Source: Nageia nagi
Taxonomy: Eukaryota; Plantae; Pinophyta
Length of the DNA stretch: 64,000 nt
Assembly: GCA_050084985.1 (NCBI GenBank)
Contig: JBITNC010000001.1
Location: 158,844,001-158,908,000, forward strand
Reading direction: 5' to 3'
The notes beneath the pieces were generated by a model, which saw only the letters and a list, made by a program, of their open reading frames with translations, made no database searches and had not been told where the DNA came from. Position numbers and translations under genes: made by a program. Within the stretch, counting starts at the first letter, position 1. Every line of letters starts with the position of its first letter. Below are positions 13,728-28,750 of the stretch, one piece after another.

Positions 13728-15017
13728 AGATCTTGCCATCATGTTGGGTTAGATCTTAGAAAGATTTGCAGTTTCTAAAGAGGAAAATTTGAACAAGATT
13801 AATTGAATTTGATTCTAAAAGGAGTTGAGGAGATCTCTATATCTTAAAAGAAAGAAGTTTCTAATCAGATCTTATCATCCTATTGGATTCTTGAAAGATC
13901 TTAGGAGGATTTAAGGAACCTAACATCATAATGGTATTACCTTGAAATCATAGTAGTATCTAAAGAAGTGAATAATTGAGGATATCTGAGGTGAGATATA
14001 GAGATGAAGAGAGCATCCTTACACCATGATTTGGTTCATTTGGACACTAGAGGGCTCACATTGATTTTTTGGCATCATTTTTGTGGGAATTGGTCACTAG
14101 AAAACCTATGTTGGAGATCTAAGAGGCTAGATCTCACATATTGGTAGTTCATTGGAACTAATTTTATCATATTTCTAATTTTGAATCCTCTTAAGGAGGT
14201 CATATAGCTTATTGAGTGATTATTTTTAGAATTTTGCATCTTTTCCATCAATTTTATGGTTTGTTTTTGCATTGAAGAGCCTAGATATGAATTTTGAAGA
14301 GAAAGGAGGAAGTTTGTTCAAAGTTTGAAGGCTAATAGGAGGTTTTTTTGGTATAAAGAAGGATCATTTTGCATCTTTGATAAGGTCATTTGGAAATTCT
14401 AATTCCAATTAGAGGATCATTTGGATTTTAAAGGGATCAAATTATAGAAATTAATACACTTTCACCATGGAATCTGAATTCTAAGAGTTGCTGCAAAGTC
14501 ATTGGGTTATTTTCACTAATATTTGAAAGAATTGAAGGCATAATAGGAGATGTTGAGCCTTAGGGAGGCTTAACTTGTTATGGATCTATGAAATTCATTC
14601 ATTAGAGCTTGTACATTTGGTAGCTCGACATGCATTGTTAAGGCTTTGAGTTATTTTCCCTCAAATCTAGTGTTTCAAGCATTTATGTGTGAATGTTGAG
14701 CTTGGAGGAGGTACAATTTGAATTAGAGTTTATTTTTTAGCCCATAACCCATAGGCTTAGTTGATTTGATAGTTGTACCATATCATCCTACCATAGAAGG
14801 AATTAAATTTCAAGTTTAAGTAATTTTAATTGTGCAATTTTAATATCTGGCTTGAGAATTATTTGTGGAAATTTATTTAATTTTAAGTAAAAGCAATAAG
14901 GAGGAAATAAAATTAAATTTGAAATTATTAAATTTCATTTGATAATAAAATTAAATTAGGAGAAATGAGTTTTAATTTTAAGCATTTAAGAAAATTTGAA
15001 ATATGGAGGGAAAGAAA

Positions 15018-15408
15018 GACACAAATATGAAAAGCAATTTTTAAATATTTTGGAAGGACTATAAAGCCATATATTGGAATAGAAGGAGAGCATAACAAAT
15101 TTTGAGAAGAAAATTCAAAATTAGAGTCTATAGGTGGTTCATTTAGCATTCTAGAGACTAAGTGATAGATGTTGAGGATCTAGAGGACCTGAGAACATTC
15201 ATTTACCATTTGGACACAAATATGAAAAGCAATTTTTAAATATTTTGGAAGGACTATAAAGCCATATATTGGAATAGAAGGAGAGCATAACAAATTTTGA
15301 GAAGAAAATTCAAAATTAGAGTCTATAGGTGGTTCATTTAGCATTCTAGAGACTAAGTGATAGATGTTGAGGATCTAGAGGACCTGAGAACATTCATTTA
15401 CCATTTGG
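15018..15408. repeat. Perfect 195-bp tandem duplication
   Basis: GACACAAATATGAAAAG...CCATTTG starts at 15018 and again at 15213; no mismatches seen. Confidence 0.9.
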
Positions 15409-16061
15409 TAAGCTTAGAGTGATTTGTTGATCATTGAGGAAGATTGAGGTCTTCTTTGGCATCTTCAAGAACTTTGTTGACCACCCAAGGGACTAGTTGA
15501 CCATAAAAAATCAATTTATCCACTTTAGAAAGATAATTTTCAAGTTGGTTGGGTTCTAAGAAGCTTGGAAAAATTAGTTTGAGCTTCAAAGAGTCTCATT
15601 ACACCCAAAGGGATACTCGTAGCACATTTTCACCTTATGATTCAAAGCATTACATAACTGTAATAGTTTGTCCTACTCTTAGAGCAAGCTTCCAATTAGT
15701 AAGAAGGAAATCCTAGCTTGATCTTCATGGCAACTTCATACTCTTTTAAGAACAAAGGGGACCAAGTTCCAACCCCATTAAAATTAAACATCCTATTCAT
15801 AAATTACTACTCAATTCCTTAAAATTGCATGGAAACCCATACATTTTGAGATTATTTGCAATATTCAAGATTTGACACAAAAGGAGGAGCAATGTCCACA
15901 ATACCATCCGAGCACAACAAAAGGGAACCCATTATAGAGAAACCTTAAAGGCCTACAAATGATAGATAGAACAAGAATATTTAGGGAGGAAGCACTAAAA
16001 TATTTTCCTCCAAAAGTACAGGGTGGAACATAGCCAACAGATACAAAATTAGTTTTCTTTG

Positions 16062-16161
16062 NNNNNNNNNNNNNNNNNNNNNNNNNNNNNNNNNNNNNNN
16101 NNNNNNNNNNNNNNNNNNNNNNNNNNNNNNNNNNNNNNNNNNNNNNNNNNNNNNNNNNNNN
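16062..16161. other. Assembly gap (100 N)
   Basis: N run. Confidence 1.
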
Positions 16162-17079
16162 TCCTCCCCAATGTAGTGTAATCATGTTGAAGTCTATCCA
16201 ACCCATAAACACATATATAGACATCGAGATTTCCACAATATGGGATCTTCATACAACTCACAATCCAAAACTACTACTTAGGAGACAGACATCCCACTTA
16301 TGGCTCATAGTGGGGTCCACATGACCCATTATTATTTATGTGCTGAGTTACAATGAAGTACATGAAAACACACTATGCTGGTATATTACAAGATGATCCA
16401 ATGGATCCCATTACATATTCAAAGGGGACATCAAAAAGCCTCCCCTCTCAAATTGCTTACCCTTAAATAATGGTAAGAGATCATAGCATATTATCTTCCA
16501 AGAATCCTTTGATGCAATTAGTTAAAGCATGTAATGGTGGAACATAGATCTAACCTATTTCAACTTCAATAGAAGTGAAACTCTAAATCTCGATATCTTA
16601 GTGAGTTCCAAACATTTAGGTTTGTTGTAACTATTCCTCCTAAATACATGCTCTAAGGGGAACCCCCATAACCATGGAAGTGCATGCACTTCTATGCTAA
16701 ATTGTACCTACAAAATCTTGGAAAAGATAATTATTAGTGTAAAATAAGCAAGCCCTAAAGCCTCTTCAAGGAACAAATTCTCCTTAGCAACTTTAAGACT
16801 CTTATCACTCATCTTGGCCACATCAAACCTCAATGTAATAATACCAATCTCCTCAATGCCTAACATGGGGTTCCAACCCTCCTGAACACCTAATGTGGTC
16901 CATCCATCCATCCTCCTATATGCCCCACATGGCATGCTAGACTCTCCAAAAATTCAACATGGTTAATCTGGGTACCTACATACCCAACATTAGCTACAAG
17001 CCTCTAGTGGGTCCAACATGGGGGTCTCAGGTCTCCCATATTACAACATGAGCCTTCTTAGATCCTTAGTTGATGATGT

Positions 17080-18130
17080 AGACTTTCTTGCAACCTCCTC
17101 CTTCATTCCACACCACTCAATCATATCCAACCAACTACTATCTACCTATGGACTATCCTCTTGTATGTCTTACAGTGCATGCACTTGACCATGTACTTTG
17201 AAACTCATTGTGAGTCTCTGATAGTTGTTATGAATATCACCTAAATCAAACAACCATTGCACTCCAAGGATGCTATGGGGATGTCCCTTCAAAGGATAAA
17301 GGTAAAATTCCTCTCTTACCACATAGCTTTGCAATCTCACCCTGAATCACTCTACTATATCCATTAACATGAGTTTCCCAATGGTGTTGGAAACTAAAAA
17401 TCCTTCAAATCCCTTAGTCTTTAGGTTCTTCCTTTTGCAAAAACTAATATCAATTAAATTATGGGATACTCCAATGTCGATCATCAACATCACATCCTAT
17501 CCACATTCTTGTCCCATAATCTGCAATGTGAGGAACTTTTTCACTCATCTTGCAATGATGTAGGGTCCTACATACTTGCTTCTAATTCCAAATCTAAATC
17601 TTTTGAATCTTTATCAATACCTTGATTAAGTTCACATTTCCTATCCCCAAACATTGATTCTTGCAATCCAAAGACTTCTTGCAATGAAAACACTTGCCTT
17701 CATCTCATAGCTTCTTCCTAGTAGTTGCATCTAATTGGTCCATCCTACATGAGTGAGGCATCTTAGCCTTGTTAGGCCGCTCTGTGATTGGTTTTTGGTT
17801 TACCATCCCCTTGGAAACTATTAGTCCCTTAAGGGATTTGAAAATGGGCTTTAAATCATAGGCAGCTCTAATTGTAAATAAGGTTCCTTGGAGAGGACAC
17901 CTTGACCATCCCCCTTAATGGTTTTGCCAAACTCGTAATGAAGAGGAAAGTCAATCTTTCTTTCAAAATGATGGATCATAACAACCAACCTCTAAAACTC
18001 TATAACAAATTCATCTATTGCTCTTGTCTCCCTTAAATCTATCAAATCTCAAAAGTAATCATTTTCCTTCTCCTAATCAAACCTCTTCACTATCCTCTTA
18101 GCGAACTCATTGAATGAGGTGATGAAATTT
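17080..18130 (-). mobile_element. Degenerate Gypsy gag-protease remnant
   Basis: Minus strand gives MIDIGVSHNLID (protease-site-like, ~17450-17490) and ILGVQWLFDLG (~17240-17272); a CFHC-like knuckle remnant lies near 17680. Confidence 0.65.
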
Positions 18131-21100
18131 TAGCAAAATATAGGTCATCCATTTTCCCCTTGTATTGGGTCTATCACTAACCTACATCTAGTGAACCATA
18201 CCCCTATTGTAATGAAAGAATAGTTAGCTTAAGGGCTAATACTCAAACATAATAACCCTCTCACTAGATTTGGTGATCACTATTTTATTATCCCATTAGT
18301 TTTTTTATCAATCCAAGGTAGGTGTCTTTAGCTATATGAAATTGAACCTTTGTTGTATCACTTGTGTTTAAACACACTTGAATGAAAGACTATAGAAATT
18401 AAACAAGACTAAAATCAAACTGTAATTAAATAATATGAAAAAATTTCAATAAATAAATCTACACTTATTCTAACTAAGAGACACTTGTTAGTCATAGTGG
18501 GTCCTTCCTCCTTCCAACAAAGCTCTAATAAATTAGCTTATTACTGGAAACTCAAGTGATGATTGTATTATTGAAAGTGATTACAAATTATTTCTAAACT
18601 ATATTTGGAATAACTAACTCAAGTTTTAGTATTTATCTCAATAAGAGAAATACTAAAACTATCTTAACAACTTGTTGTATTTCCTCACAATAGTTACATA
18701 GTTACTAAAACAATCTTATTGTAAGTCATAGTTTAATTGTTGAAAATCTAAAACAATAAGTATAAGAGCTTGGTCAAACTACTAGCAATTTGGGATGATA
18801 ATGATGAGAAGACCTTTTCTTTAGGATCAATGCTCATCTCTTTCAGTATCTTATTAGTTGCCCAGAAATTGATTATTTTATCATAAGATCTTGGATTATC
18901 TTCTGGTATGACTATGAACATGGCTACATTTCTAGAAGCATTTCTTAGTTATGAAATCTCCATAAATTTAGAAATCTCCTACATTTTAGGAAGTTCCTAA
19001 AATTTTAGAATATCCTAAAATTTTGGGACTATATTCAGTTATTATCTCAAATTATTAGATGAAACATTTTGGAGCTAATCTATTATCAACATTCTGGAGC
19101 TAGTTCACAAACTTTAGAGATAGATTTTGAAACTTATTCGATCAAGCTAAAGAGACATCATTTTCACAATGATTCTTTAAAAGTTTATCAAGCAGGCATT
19201 ACTCATCATAAATCATCAACAAAACACATCAATTCACCACATATGGAAATATAAGTAAAGATGTATTTAACTTCAAATCAAATAGTATTAACAAGCTTAA
19301 ACATAATCAAAAGGATCAAAAGTGTTCCAAGCAAAACATAAAAATACAAGTCCAATGTGTCAAATAGAGTCCATTCTAGGTCCTATCACTCTCCCCAACT
19401 TAGAATATTGTTGCTCCTATAGCAAACAATAGTAATTGTTTTCATCACTATCCATTAGATGTGTGGGTTATTTTGTATTAAATTCTTCCATCACTTTTCT
19501 AAGGTCATATGGATGCAAACAATCAAGAATTTGTTGATGAACACCTAGAGGAAGAGGTTTTTTCCTTGTAGTTCCAATATCATATAAATTTGGTCGTTCA
19601 ATAAAATCCCCTAACCCTTTGCTAACTTTGACCTATGTTTCCCATAAATGTAACAATGAATCATATTGTGGGCCATCATCAATCCAAGATGGAGTTGGAT
19701 GTAGTAATATTGGAGGTCTAAACCTCTATCCTACCCAATTTAAAGGTTGTGAAGAAATGATTTTGTATATGGCCTTAACCCTTTTTATGCTCCATTGTAA
19801 ATTCATTGGAGAAATTATTTCCTTATTTTTATAACCATTAGTCTGATTATTCCATCTTTTGTTACAACTATATAAGGCTTCATTAAAATGACTCTAAATG
19901 GTAGTGTTACAATTTCAAACACAAGTTTTCATTATTTGCAAATACTGATCTGTAAACTTGTTCACTTTTGATAAAAAAGGTTGTGGTTATCTCATCATTA
20001 TAAATGGGTTGTTGTATGACTATAAACTCATCATTCAAACTCCTTTGTTGACTTTGGTCAATATCATTTTTTCATTGAATTTGATTTTGTAATATATAAA
20101 TAAAAGCTTGCAACTAAATATCACCAACATATATTTTAGGAAGAAATTTTGTATCATCGAGTAAGAAATCATGCATATACAATTCACATAACAAATATTT
20201 ATCTTACTCTATCCCTTCAAAGTATTGTCTAAGAAACTTAGCTCCATGCTCAAGCTCATAAGGCAATCCCTTCCTAATTCTATTAACTTGTCATTTTAAT
20301 AATTGTTCTTTAAGATGCATGTTATAGATAGGAGAAGGTTGTCTCAATTGTAGAACTTCATCAAATATTTGACACACATCTATCATTACCTTCTTTACCA
20401 ATTTAAGATCCTTATTTCCTTTTTTAATGATTTCAAGTTATTTTTCATGTTCAAAATCTTTTTCTTCACATTTTTGAATATTTGCAGATAGTTGTTGTTT
20501 GAACATAACTATTTGTTTTTGTTTTTCTTTGAACATGTCAAATATGTACTAAATTATTTCATTTTGATGCATAAAATGTAATTCATTGATATGCACTATT
20601 TGTAATTTAGTAGCTAGTTTGGAGATTAAAGTTTGGTGTGCTTCAAAATTTTCTTTTACATGTTCTAGCTGGGAGCATTTATCTTTCAATATTTGGTTTT
20701 AACTTTTTAACATAGCTTTTTCTTTAAATAATTTGTCATTATGCTCTTCCAAAAGTTTGAGATTTTAATGTAATACCTAGATATTCAAAATTTCATCAAT
20801 GGATATTGTGTTAGTAGCTTCCATCAACATTTCAAAATTTTTTTTTAGTATTTGCAGGTTGAGCTTGTTCCTCCCCAATTTGGTCTTTTCCTATCTTTTT
20901 TTTTGCCAATCTTTTAGCTAATGTAGCCAATTCTAGTGAAAGTCTGGAGATTGTTTCTAAGGCATGCATTTTGGGTTCTATTGCTTCTTTAGTCATATGA
21001 TATTCAAAATCTTCTCCCTTTGTTGTTTTCTAAAGCCTCTTCAATCTACTAGATCTTCAACTAGGTGCAACATAGGATTTTTGTTTTCCACTTATTTTTT

Positions 21101-22261
21101 CATGCATTGTTAATTTCTCTTCTTCCTTTTGAGTTTTTGATTCTTCTACTATCACAATGGGATCTAGTAAAGGATTTTCTCTCTTAATTTTTGAATAGGG
21201 CACAGTTGGAACATCTTCTAGAATTTCATCTAGAACTCTATGATGGAGTGATTCATTAAATTATTCTTAAGTGAGAGAGGATTCTCCAACAAATTACAAT
21301 ACATATTCTCCAATTTTATGGACCTCTATATTTGCTCCAATGTGTTCCAATACAGAATTATCTAATTCCTCTTCCCCTTATTCTTGAGAATTTGCATTTT
21401 CATAACTACTTAAAAACTATTCCTAAGTAATTTGCCCATTTTCTTGTCTTAAGAAGTACTCTTTGTAGAGCAACAAGATAAACCCATTATGTTTGAGGGA
21501 GGATAATTTATTCCTTTGATTTTTCCTCACTTTCCTAGACATTCTTTGCAGACTCTAATGCAAGAATCGGGATAAATTGCATTCTTGATATTTCTTGTAC
21601 CTTAGAAATTTTAATAATTTCAAATAATGTCCTATTAATGTAAGATGTTATCCTTCATAGGTCAAATATTGCATCACCCATTTTGCTACTAATGCCCACT
21701 TTTCATGTAATGTTTCTTGTTTTACCCCTTGAATATGCCCTTGATTATTGTAAATTTCAACTTTTGGCTCATTTTTTGGGTGGAACCTATTCAACAAATT
21801 GGACTAATGATCCCTTTTGTTCAATTCTTCTCCAATTTTAGGTAACCCAATAAATTCACTAATGGAATCTACTATTATTGGAATTCGATAACCCTTCAAG
21901 GTTATTGAACTTGTCTCAAAGTTCTTAGCAAATTCCATGCTAACTGATTATTGTATTCTTGAAATTTTTTGAAAAATTATAACAAATTAAATTTTAGAAG
22001 GATTTTGGTTACTTGGGCATTATCTCTCAATTCCTCTGTACTATTTGGTTTATGTTTTCTTTTGCCTCCCATCCTTGGCCAATTTTGAAGAAGGTTGAAG
22101 TCTCTATCTAAAGCAGATCTATTTTCTAAAACTAGCTAAAGCTTATTCTTCATTTTTCTTGCACAATATGCTCCATAATTCAAAATTGTAGAGATATGAT
22201 CTTTCCCACATGTAAGAGTTATTGCAACATTCAATACTAAAGGTGCAATGTTCCTTTTTTA

Positions 22262-24860
22262 TGTAGAAACCATAATTAAAAATTGTAGAAATAATAAAAT
22301 ACTAAATAAATACTAAAAATAACACCAAATGTGAGAAGAGACTAGCCAAATGTATTTATTTAGATATGCCAAACTAGTACAAATGGGTGATGGGTCTCTT
22401 AGGCTAGAACAAATGCAAAACTCCTTAGAAATTCTAAAAAGTGACCTCAAAAGATGGGCAACTGCCTTGGGGAGGTTGACTTCTTAGATCTGAACTAAAA
22501 CAACACACCAAAATGAAAGCTAAAACTACAATGAACTCCTCTTGGGTACCTCTATTTGTATTTTTTGAATATTAGGGGTCTAAGGGAGCATCACCCTAGG
22601 GAAATACAATAGCAAGGGAAATCACTTATCATTTGTAGAGCTTCCATCCATGCTAGGGATCATCACCTATGTACTATGGAGATGAGAATCACAAGGACTC
22701 ATTACAATATCAATATCAATAATATGCACAAAATGAAGAGTTGCCTCTCCTTATATAGACTCCAACCCTAATCTTGCATTGATCCCTCTAAGCTAATCTA
22801 AGTCATTGATTGGTTTTATTACAAATAAAAGTACTTAAAATAACATTAGAATAACATAAAAGCTTATTATAATCCAACATTGCACTTTTAAGTAGAAATC
22901 CACTAAGTTAAGTAGATTTTCATGTGTGGACACAATATAGAAAACTAGTCCCACTAGTGAACTTCAAGTAGCCATAACTTCATTTTTTCTTTTCCAAAAG
23001 GGGTCATGTGACCACTTAAAACAAATGCCATGAGATGCTCTATCCAATTTTGAAGGTGTAATGGCCATATCTAACTTGTAGAAGAAGAGATTTGTGAAAA
23101 ATTCCAAATACAATATATTCTCAAAAATACGATAATTACAAGTCCAAGCTTCTCAAATTGCTTGTCCTCAAGCAATCCCAACACCAACTCTACCTTTCTT
23201 AGCTAAAATAAATTTAAATCATTTATGATACCAGGATCCCGAATAATTTTACCAAAATTGTCCCAAATCTATCTCAAGCTTCCATATACCTCAAAACTAA
23301 GTGAAGGTAAGTATGATTTAACACAGGCCAGCCAAAATTAAATATGAAATAGGTCTAATTTATTCAATATAGTAGTGAATGAAGACTATTCAAACCTCCC
23401 AAAAATATCTAAAATCATTCCTTCATTATTTTCCATAGTTGTACTATGCATAAAAATGATAAAATCAGTAGTAGTAGGAAATATGTCAATGAAATAAGAA
23501 CTAGATAATGGAATTATAGTGGTCATGTTGTTACCATCTTCAAAGTCACATATAAAGTCCAATAACTCATGTATCAAGCAATGGAGGATATTGAAGACTT
23601 CATTCAAAGCAATTTTGTTTACCAAAAATAACCCACATACCTCCTTACATGTCCTTTCATATTGCTATTTTAGAATTGAAGTGAGTGTGCATATCAAAAT
23701 CTGAGATTTATTCTTCAAAATTATGTTTATGCCCAAAAACAATATAACCCAAGCTTCCAAAAGATGAAACTACATCTCTCAAACTAGCCAAAATTGAAAT
23801 AGTAACCTTCAAACTCAAATCAAAGCAATGATGTTCATGAAGGCAAGTCATACCTCTAGTCCATATTGCTTCTTCATCATCAAGTCCATCATGAATACAT
23901 AACAAGTCTAATTTTCTTATAACAATAGTAAAAACATGGTGTTTGTACTCCCAAAATGTAGGCAAACTAAGTGATTCTCCATCCTTCATAGTTGCATTAT
24001 GTACTAGCATCAATAAATCATAAATAATGATGGTTGGGCTCTTAGAAAAATGGTTGGAATAAGAGTGTAACAAGTTTGGTTTTCTCTTTCCAATAGCCAT
24101 AAATACCTTACACTCATCTAACCTCATGTGTTCATTATTTCCCATCATTGTGACATGCATGAATGAAAGATAACTAGCAAATATCTTAAGAAAATAGTGA
24201 ATGAAAATGAAATGTATAGTAGTAATATCATAGCCAATTACATAATTTATTACCTCCCATATGACTTCCAAACCATGCCAAATATTAATGACTTTATCAT
24301 AAATGCTTTCTTTGGCCAAAACCATGTTGCATACCTTTTCCAATACTTCTTCATACTACCATAGTAACTTTGAACTGAATGTGCACATCATGGATGAAGA
24401 CTTACTCACACTTTCATGCTTAAACCCACAACAACCATAACTATGTGCCCCCATAACTAAAAATACACTTTCAAATTCAACCAATGCAAAAAGTATATAA
24501 CTTAAATTCATGGTAAAATGAAAATAAATTACCTTCCAAATATGTTGGCATCACCACAAGACAATTTTTAAAACTCATCAAGTTTTCTATCAACAAGCTC
24601 ATCCTCATCATGACCCAAAATAAATAGTACACTACTATCATAAAAATCATAATTCAACTTGTACCTTTGTGGAATGCTTGCATCACTGCCCATGTTTTAA
24701 TTTATCTTTCTTTTCTCCCTATAACTGATCATAGTACCTTTACACATGAAATTTTCTATTTTTACCTTGCCCAAGTTGAGCAAAAGAACACATGCAATTC
24801 TACAACTCATGTATATCAGTCTCAACCCTTATTGCATCAAAAATCATGCAATGTACAACC
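22262..24860 (-). mobile_element. Probable LTR (~22262-23140) plus degenerate internal region of an LTR element
   Basis: Minus strand reads TTGAGGACAAGCAATTTGAGAAGCTTGGAC-TGTAAT (pol-end-like motif, purine tract, TG start) at ~23140-23170. ORF 23708-24343 has no recognisable domain. Confidence 0.4.
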
Positions 24861-24959
24861 ATAATATTAGAGCATAATTATGAGAACATTGTTAATTAGA
24901 AAATATCTTTGAGATGTAATAGATATTGGTTATGATGAACTAGTTGCATAGAGGACATT

Positions 24960-26160
24960 AAGAGTAGTTAATAGGATAATAAAGATAAAATTTGAGAAGA
25001 ACTCATTAGCCCTATACCATCATATTCAATCATCCCTAGATAAAATTTTATTTATATGCATTATTTTCACAACCTCAAACAAGGAGGCTAGAATTCTTTA
25101 CAAAAGGTTTGCCAGGGTAGTGATCTAATCAAGAGTTGTAAACCCTAAAAAGGAATATCAAGAACTTAAAGATGCAAGATGTTGAAAATAGAATTAATGT
25201 AATGTTCCCATTTTATGGGTGTTTTTCCCATTTCACCTCTAATAAATGGGAACATTAGCTTAGGTGTGATTTTGGAATTTTTAGTAGTTTTTGGCCAATT
25301 ATTGTAAGTTCCACTTAGAAACTTATTTAGATGCTCTAATTATGGAAAAATGGACCTATTTAATTATTCATTATGTCTAGTTGAGTTCCTAAATATCCAA
25401 TAATGATGTATTGTTGATACCAAGGTAACTATATATTTATAAATGAAATATTAGTCTCCCTAAATGAGGCATTGCATATTTCTAGCCTTTATGAATGTAA
25501 TATTGGTATTTACTTAGCCATCTTCTCATTAGTGATCCCCTCTTTGAGGTATACCACCCTCAATATAATAACATAGATTACAAGGTATCTAGAAGAGCCC
25601 CAAGCTTAGATGTGGTACTATAAAAGATAAATCATGCATCCCAAGGCATCGGACAATCCCTATACTTGTATGTTGGGTATTATGGTTTATTTTACCCCCA
25701 CATTGGATAATTGGGCATTACAAAGTCCCACATCATCCCTGCTAGGTATTTATACACTTAGCACTAATCCCAACACACATCAATATCACCCCTTCCTGGA
25801 TGTTGGCATTCCTAGACCTTGGATGTGATATCACCTATCTCAAGGCTCCTAGTCTTGGATGATCAACCAATTTGGGATCATCACAATTAACTATTATGTT
25901 ATAGTGAAATATGTGCTAAATAAAGTAGCCAATCTTGGTAAGAGATTTAACAAATATATGGTTGTAAATAAGACACTTAGAAATCTAAAACCTAAGTGGA
26001 ATTATATTGTAATCATCATTAAGGAAAGCAAAGATTTTCCTATAGTAGTATTTGATAACCTTATTAGTTATATTATTTATTGTGAGAAGAGGCTAAATGA
26101 AAACTTTGCATAGAATGATGAAAAATATTTTGGTTCTAATATGATAATTTCTATGAAGGG
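24960..26160 (+). mobile_element. Degenerate Ty1/Copia gag fragment (UBN2-like) interrupted by a solo LTR
   Basis: ORF 25859-26113 reads VVNKTLRNLKPKWNYIVIIIKESKDF...DNLISYI..CEKRL, resembling Copia gag. Paralogs at ~36460-37950 and ~43670-44180. Confidence 0.65.
25198..25885 (+). mobile_element. Solo LTR with 5-bp TSD ATTAA
   Basis: TG...CA ends; ATTAA at 25193-25197 and 25886-25890; similar to the 5' half of the 12194 LTR. Confidence 0.8.
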
Positions 26161-27869
26161 GAAAATACATGAGTGTTTGAAGAGAAATTAGTTTACTTTT
26201 TAGTGCTTACTCTAGTTTTAAAATTTTAAAAGTTGATAATATAACACATTTTTAATCTTACTAGCTATCCTTTTCATAATGTCTATTCACCATCATGTAT
26301 AAAGAAGGCATTTAATAATACAATATTGATTGGATTACATGTTTTCTAAATATACCCTTTAATTGTTATCTAATACAAATATCTTTACTACATATTTTAT
26401 ATGGTTTTAATCACTTTTGAAGATAAATATATTTTTATCATAAACTAAACTTTTGCTTCAAATAATGTACACAATCAACCAAATATCTATTGAAATTTAA
26501 TAAAATCATGATGAATTTTATTTAGTCAATATTTATTTGACCTATATAAATTCAACACCTCTAAAATAATAAATTGAAATATATCACAAACACAATAGTT
26601 AATCCATGATGAAAACAAAGTTACAATTCATATCTACATCAAGGATACTCTTAAACTCTTTGATTTGATGAAACACTAAGGGACTAATCCTGATAGTATA
26701 AAATTTTTATTTTTTTTACATGTGTACAACCATCACGTTCTATGCATTAGATTTGTATGTACTTTAATAGCATGAGTGACTCTTACCACATTATTCCTAG
26801 ACTAAATTATTATGCATGCATTGTTGAATTCCTTAGTTATGCAAGTTATCTTGAGCAAATTTTGAACTTCTATGTCAAAATACCTATAACACCTGACTTG
26901 GGTGTATAGATGCATGTGTTTACTTATTATCTATAAAGAATATAAAAGTTAGAATAAAGAAATTTGTGTAAATAATATATATTTTTATTGGAGCTTCAAT
27001 ATACTCCATATTATATTCTTCTTTCAAAGATTTATGTTGAAGTGGGTAGTTAGGATGATGTTCAAAGAATAATACCATTGATGAAAGATAAAGGAATCAA
27101 GAAGACATTTGGATATAGCTAATTTGAAATTGACAAAAGGGTAGAATATTTTCTTATAGGAGAAAACTTACACCTACAAACACATGATATATATGGAAAA
27201 TTGGAGAACTTGTCGAGTGATATAAGGGCAACACTTGGTATATTAGAAATACAATATATATATTGGGTGATAACAAGACTAACAATAAAGAATTCTCTAC
27301 CAACATAGCATCTTGATAAAGAATTCATTGTTCTCATTTATTATTCTATGTTTTCCATACATATATATATCAATGCACTCCCAAATATAACATTTGATGA
27401 AAATCCATATTCAACTACTCTTTGATGGATGTTCATACCCTCTTCTACAGCTCCCATGGTGGCACATGCTAGAATAATACTGGAAAAAGTTACATTTTTT
27501 TTTAATCCCAATGATCACATTTTCTTAATAATGTCCATGATATTCATAGAAAAATCTATTTTTTGCATATCTTGGGATAATTGCATTTCAATGAGGTATG
27601 TTATCAAATAATCTATTGATGAAATAAATATACAGTTGTTATATACTATACTTTAACTTAAAAGAATATTCATATTTAACAAGTAATCTATATGGATTCA
27701 AAGAGAGCTAAACATAATAATCATTCATATCACTTCTTCTTTTATGATACATTCTATTGTTTAGGGTTGGTAGATCATCAATCTGCTTATAAAAAAAATA
27801 ATTATTATTAAGAAAATAAGTTCTACTTTGAAAGAAGAACATAGTCATTATATTAATTTTACTACTTGA

Positions 27870-28750
27870 TAAAACTATTCTCTGTCAATATTTAGAATAT
27901 ATGGAGATCCATTATTTTATAATACCATGTTAATCCTCTTACTCATGTGTAATGGATTCATTCCCAATAGTATTTTATAAAATGTATTATCATAGTGGTA
28001 ATTTTTTTCATGTCACACTAGGGATTGGATATCTTGGGAAGAGTTTCATCATATATTTCATTTATATAGTACAAATAAGTCTATATATTATGCATTGATA
28101 ACATGCATCCCTCATTCAATTTTGTATGAAAGTGGTGTTATATCTTAAAATCCTTGGTGGACTAGATAGGAATGGCATGTTAATCATCCATTTGTCAATT
28201 ACAAGGCCAAGTGTGGGTATATTTGGGTCTCACCACATTTTCTTATGATTCCTAAATTTAATGAGAAATGGGATTTAATACCCACTAGAACTAGATGAAA
28301 AGTTAGGTCTTAGATAGTCTAGGCTTCTTACATTGAGACCAAGAAATCCTCTTTCTACATGATGCCTATTGTATCAAAGCCATCCTTAGGTGATCAATTG
28401 AAGCATCTAGGTTTCACTAATCCACTATGTCCATTCTATAATATACCTAAGTTCTATTTCCACTTATTTTGGGCCTATGAGAAGGCCAAAAGTGCATGGA
28501 GATGAATTTGCATTATGATGAATTTGCATTATCTTTATATTGTTTACACTATTTACCTTCTCTTAGAAATAGTATTGTTGGGTGATGTTCTCACCTTCAC
28601 CCTCCCAATGCATGAAGTGTGTAATATTTTTTTACTTAGCATTTTATATTATATATGGAAATCTCTTAATATTATCATTTTTTCTTAACAGTCTATATCT
28701 ATTTTTTTTTCTTTCTAACAAGATGGAAGTGTTTCATAATGTATAACTAT
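27870..28750 (+). mobile_element. LINE (L1-like) 3' remnant with degenerate zf-RVT; paralog of ~55950-56800
   Basis: DQLKHLGFTNPLCPFYN....FHLFWAYEKAKSAW (~28392-28500) resembles the zf-RVT motif C..C....HLFW.C..A...W. Confidence 0.55.

Noticed and set aside
15865-16261. ORFs of 123 and 70 aa
   Set aside because: They span an N gap; artefacts.
18160-22250. Possible additional LTR (ending ~19389, next to a minus-strand purine tract) and internal region
   Set aside because: No second LTR, TSD or convincing protein motif could be identified.
26500-27870. Possible minus-strand Copia RT/RNaseH remnant (a similar hint on the plus strand at 35300-36300)
   Set aside because: Too degenerate to support with clear motifs.
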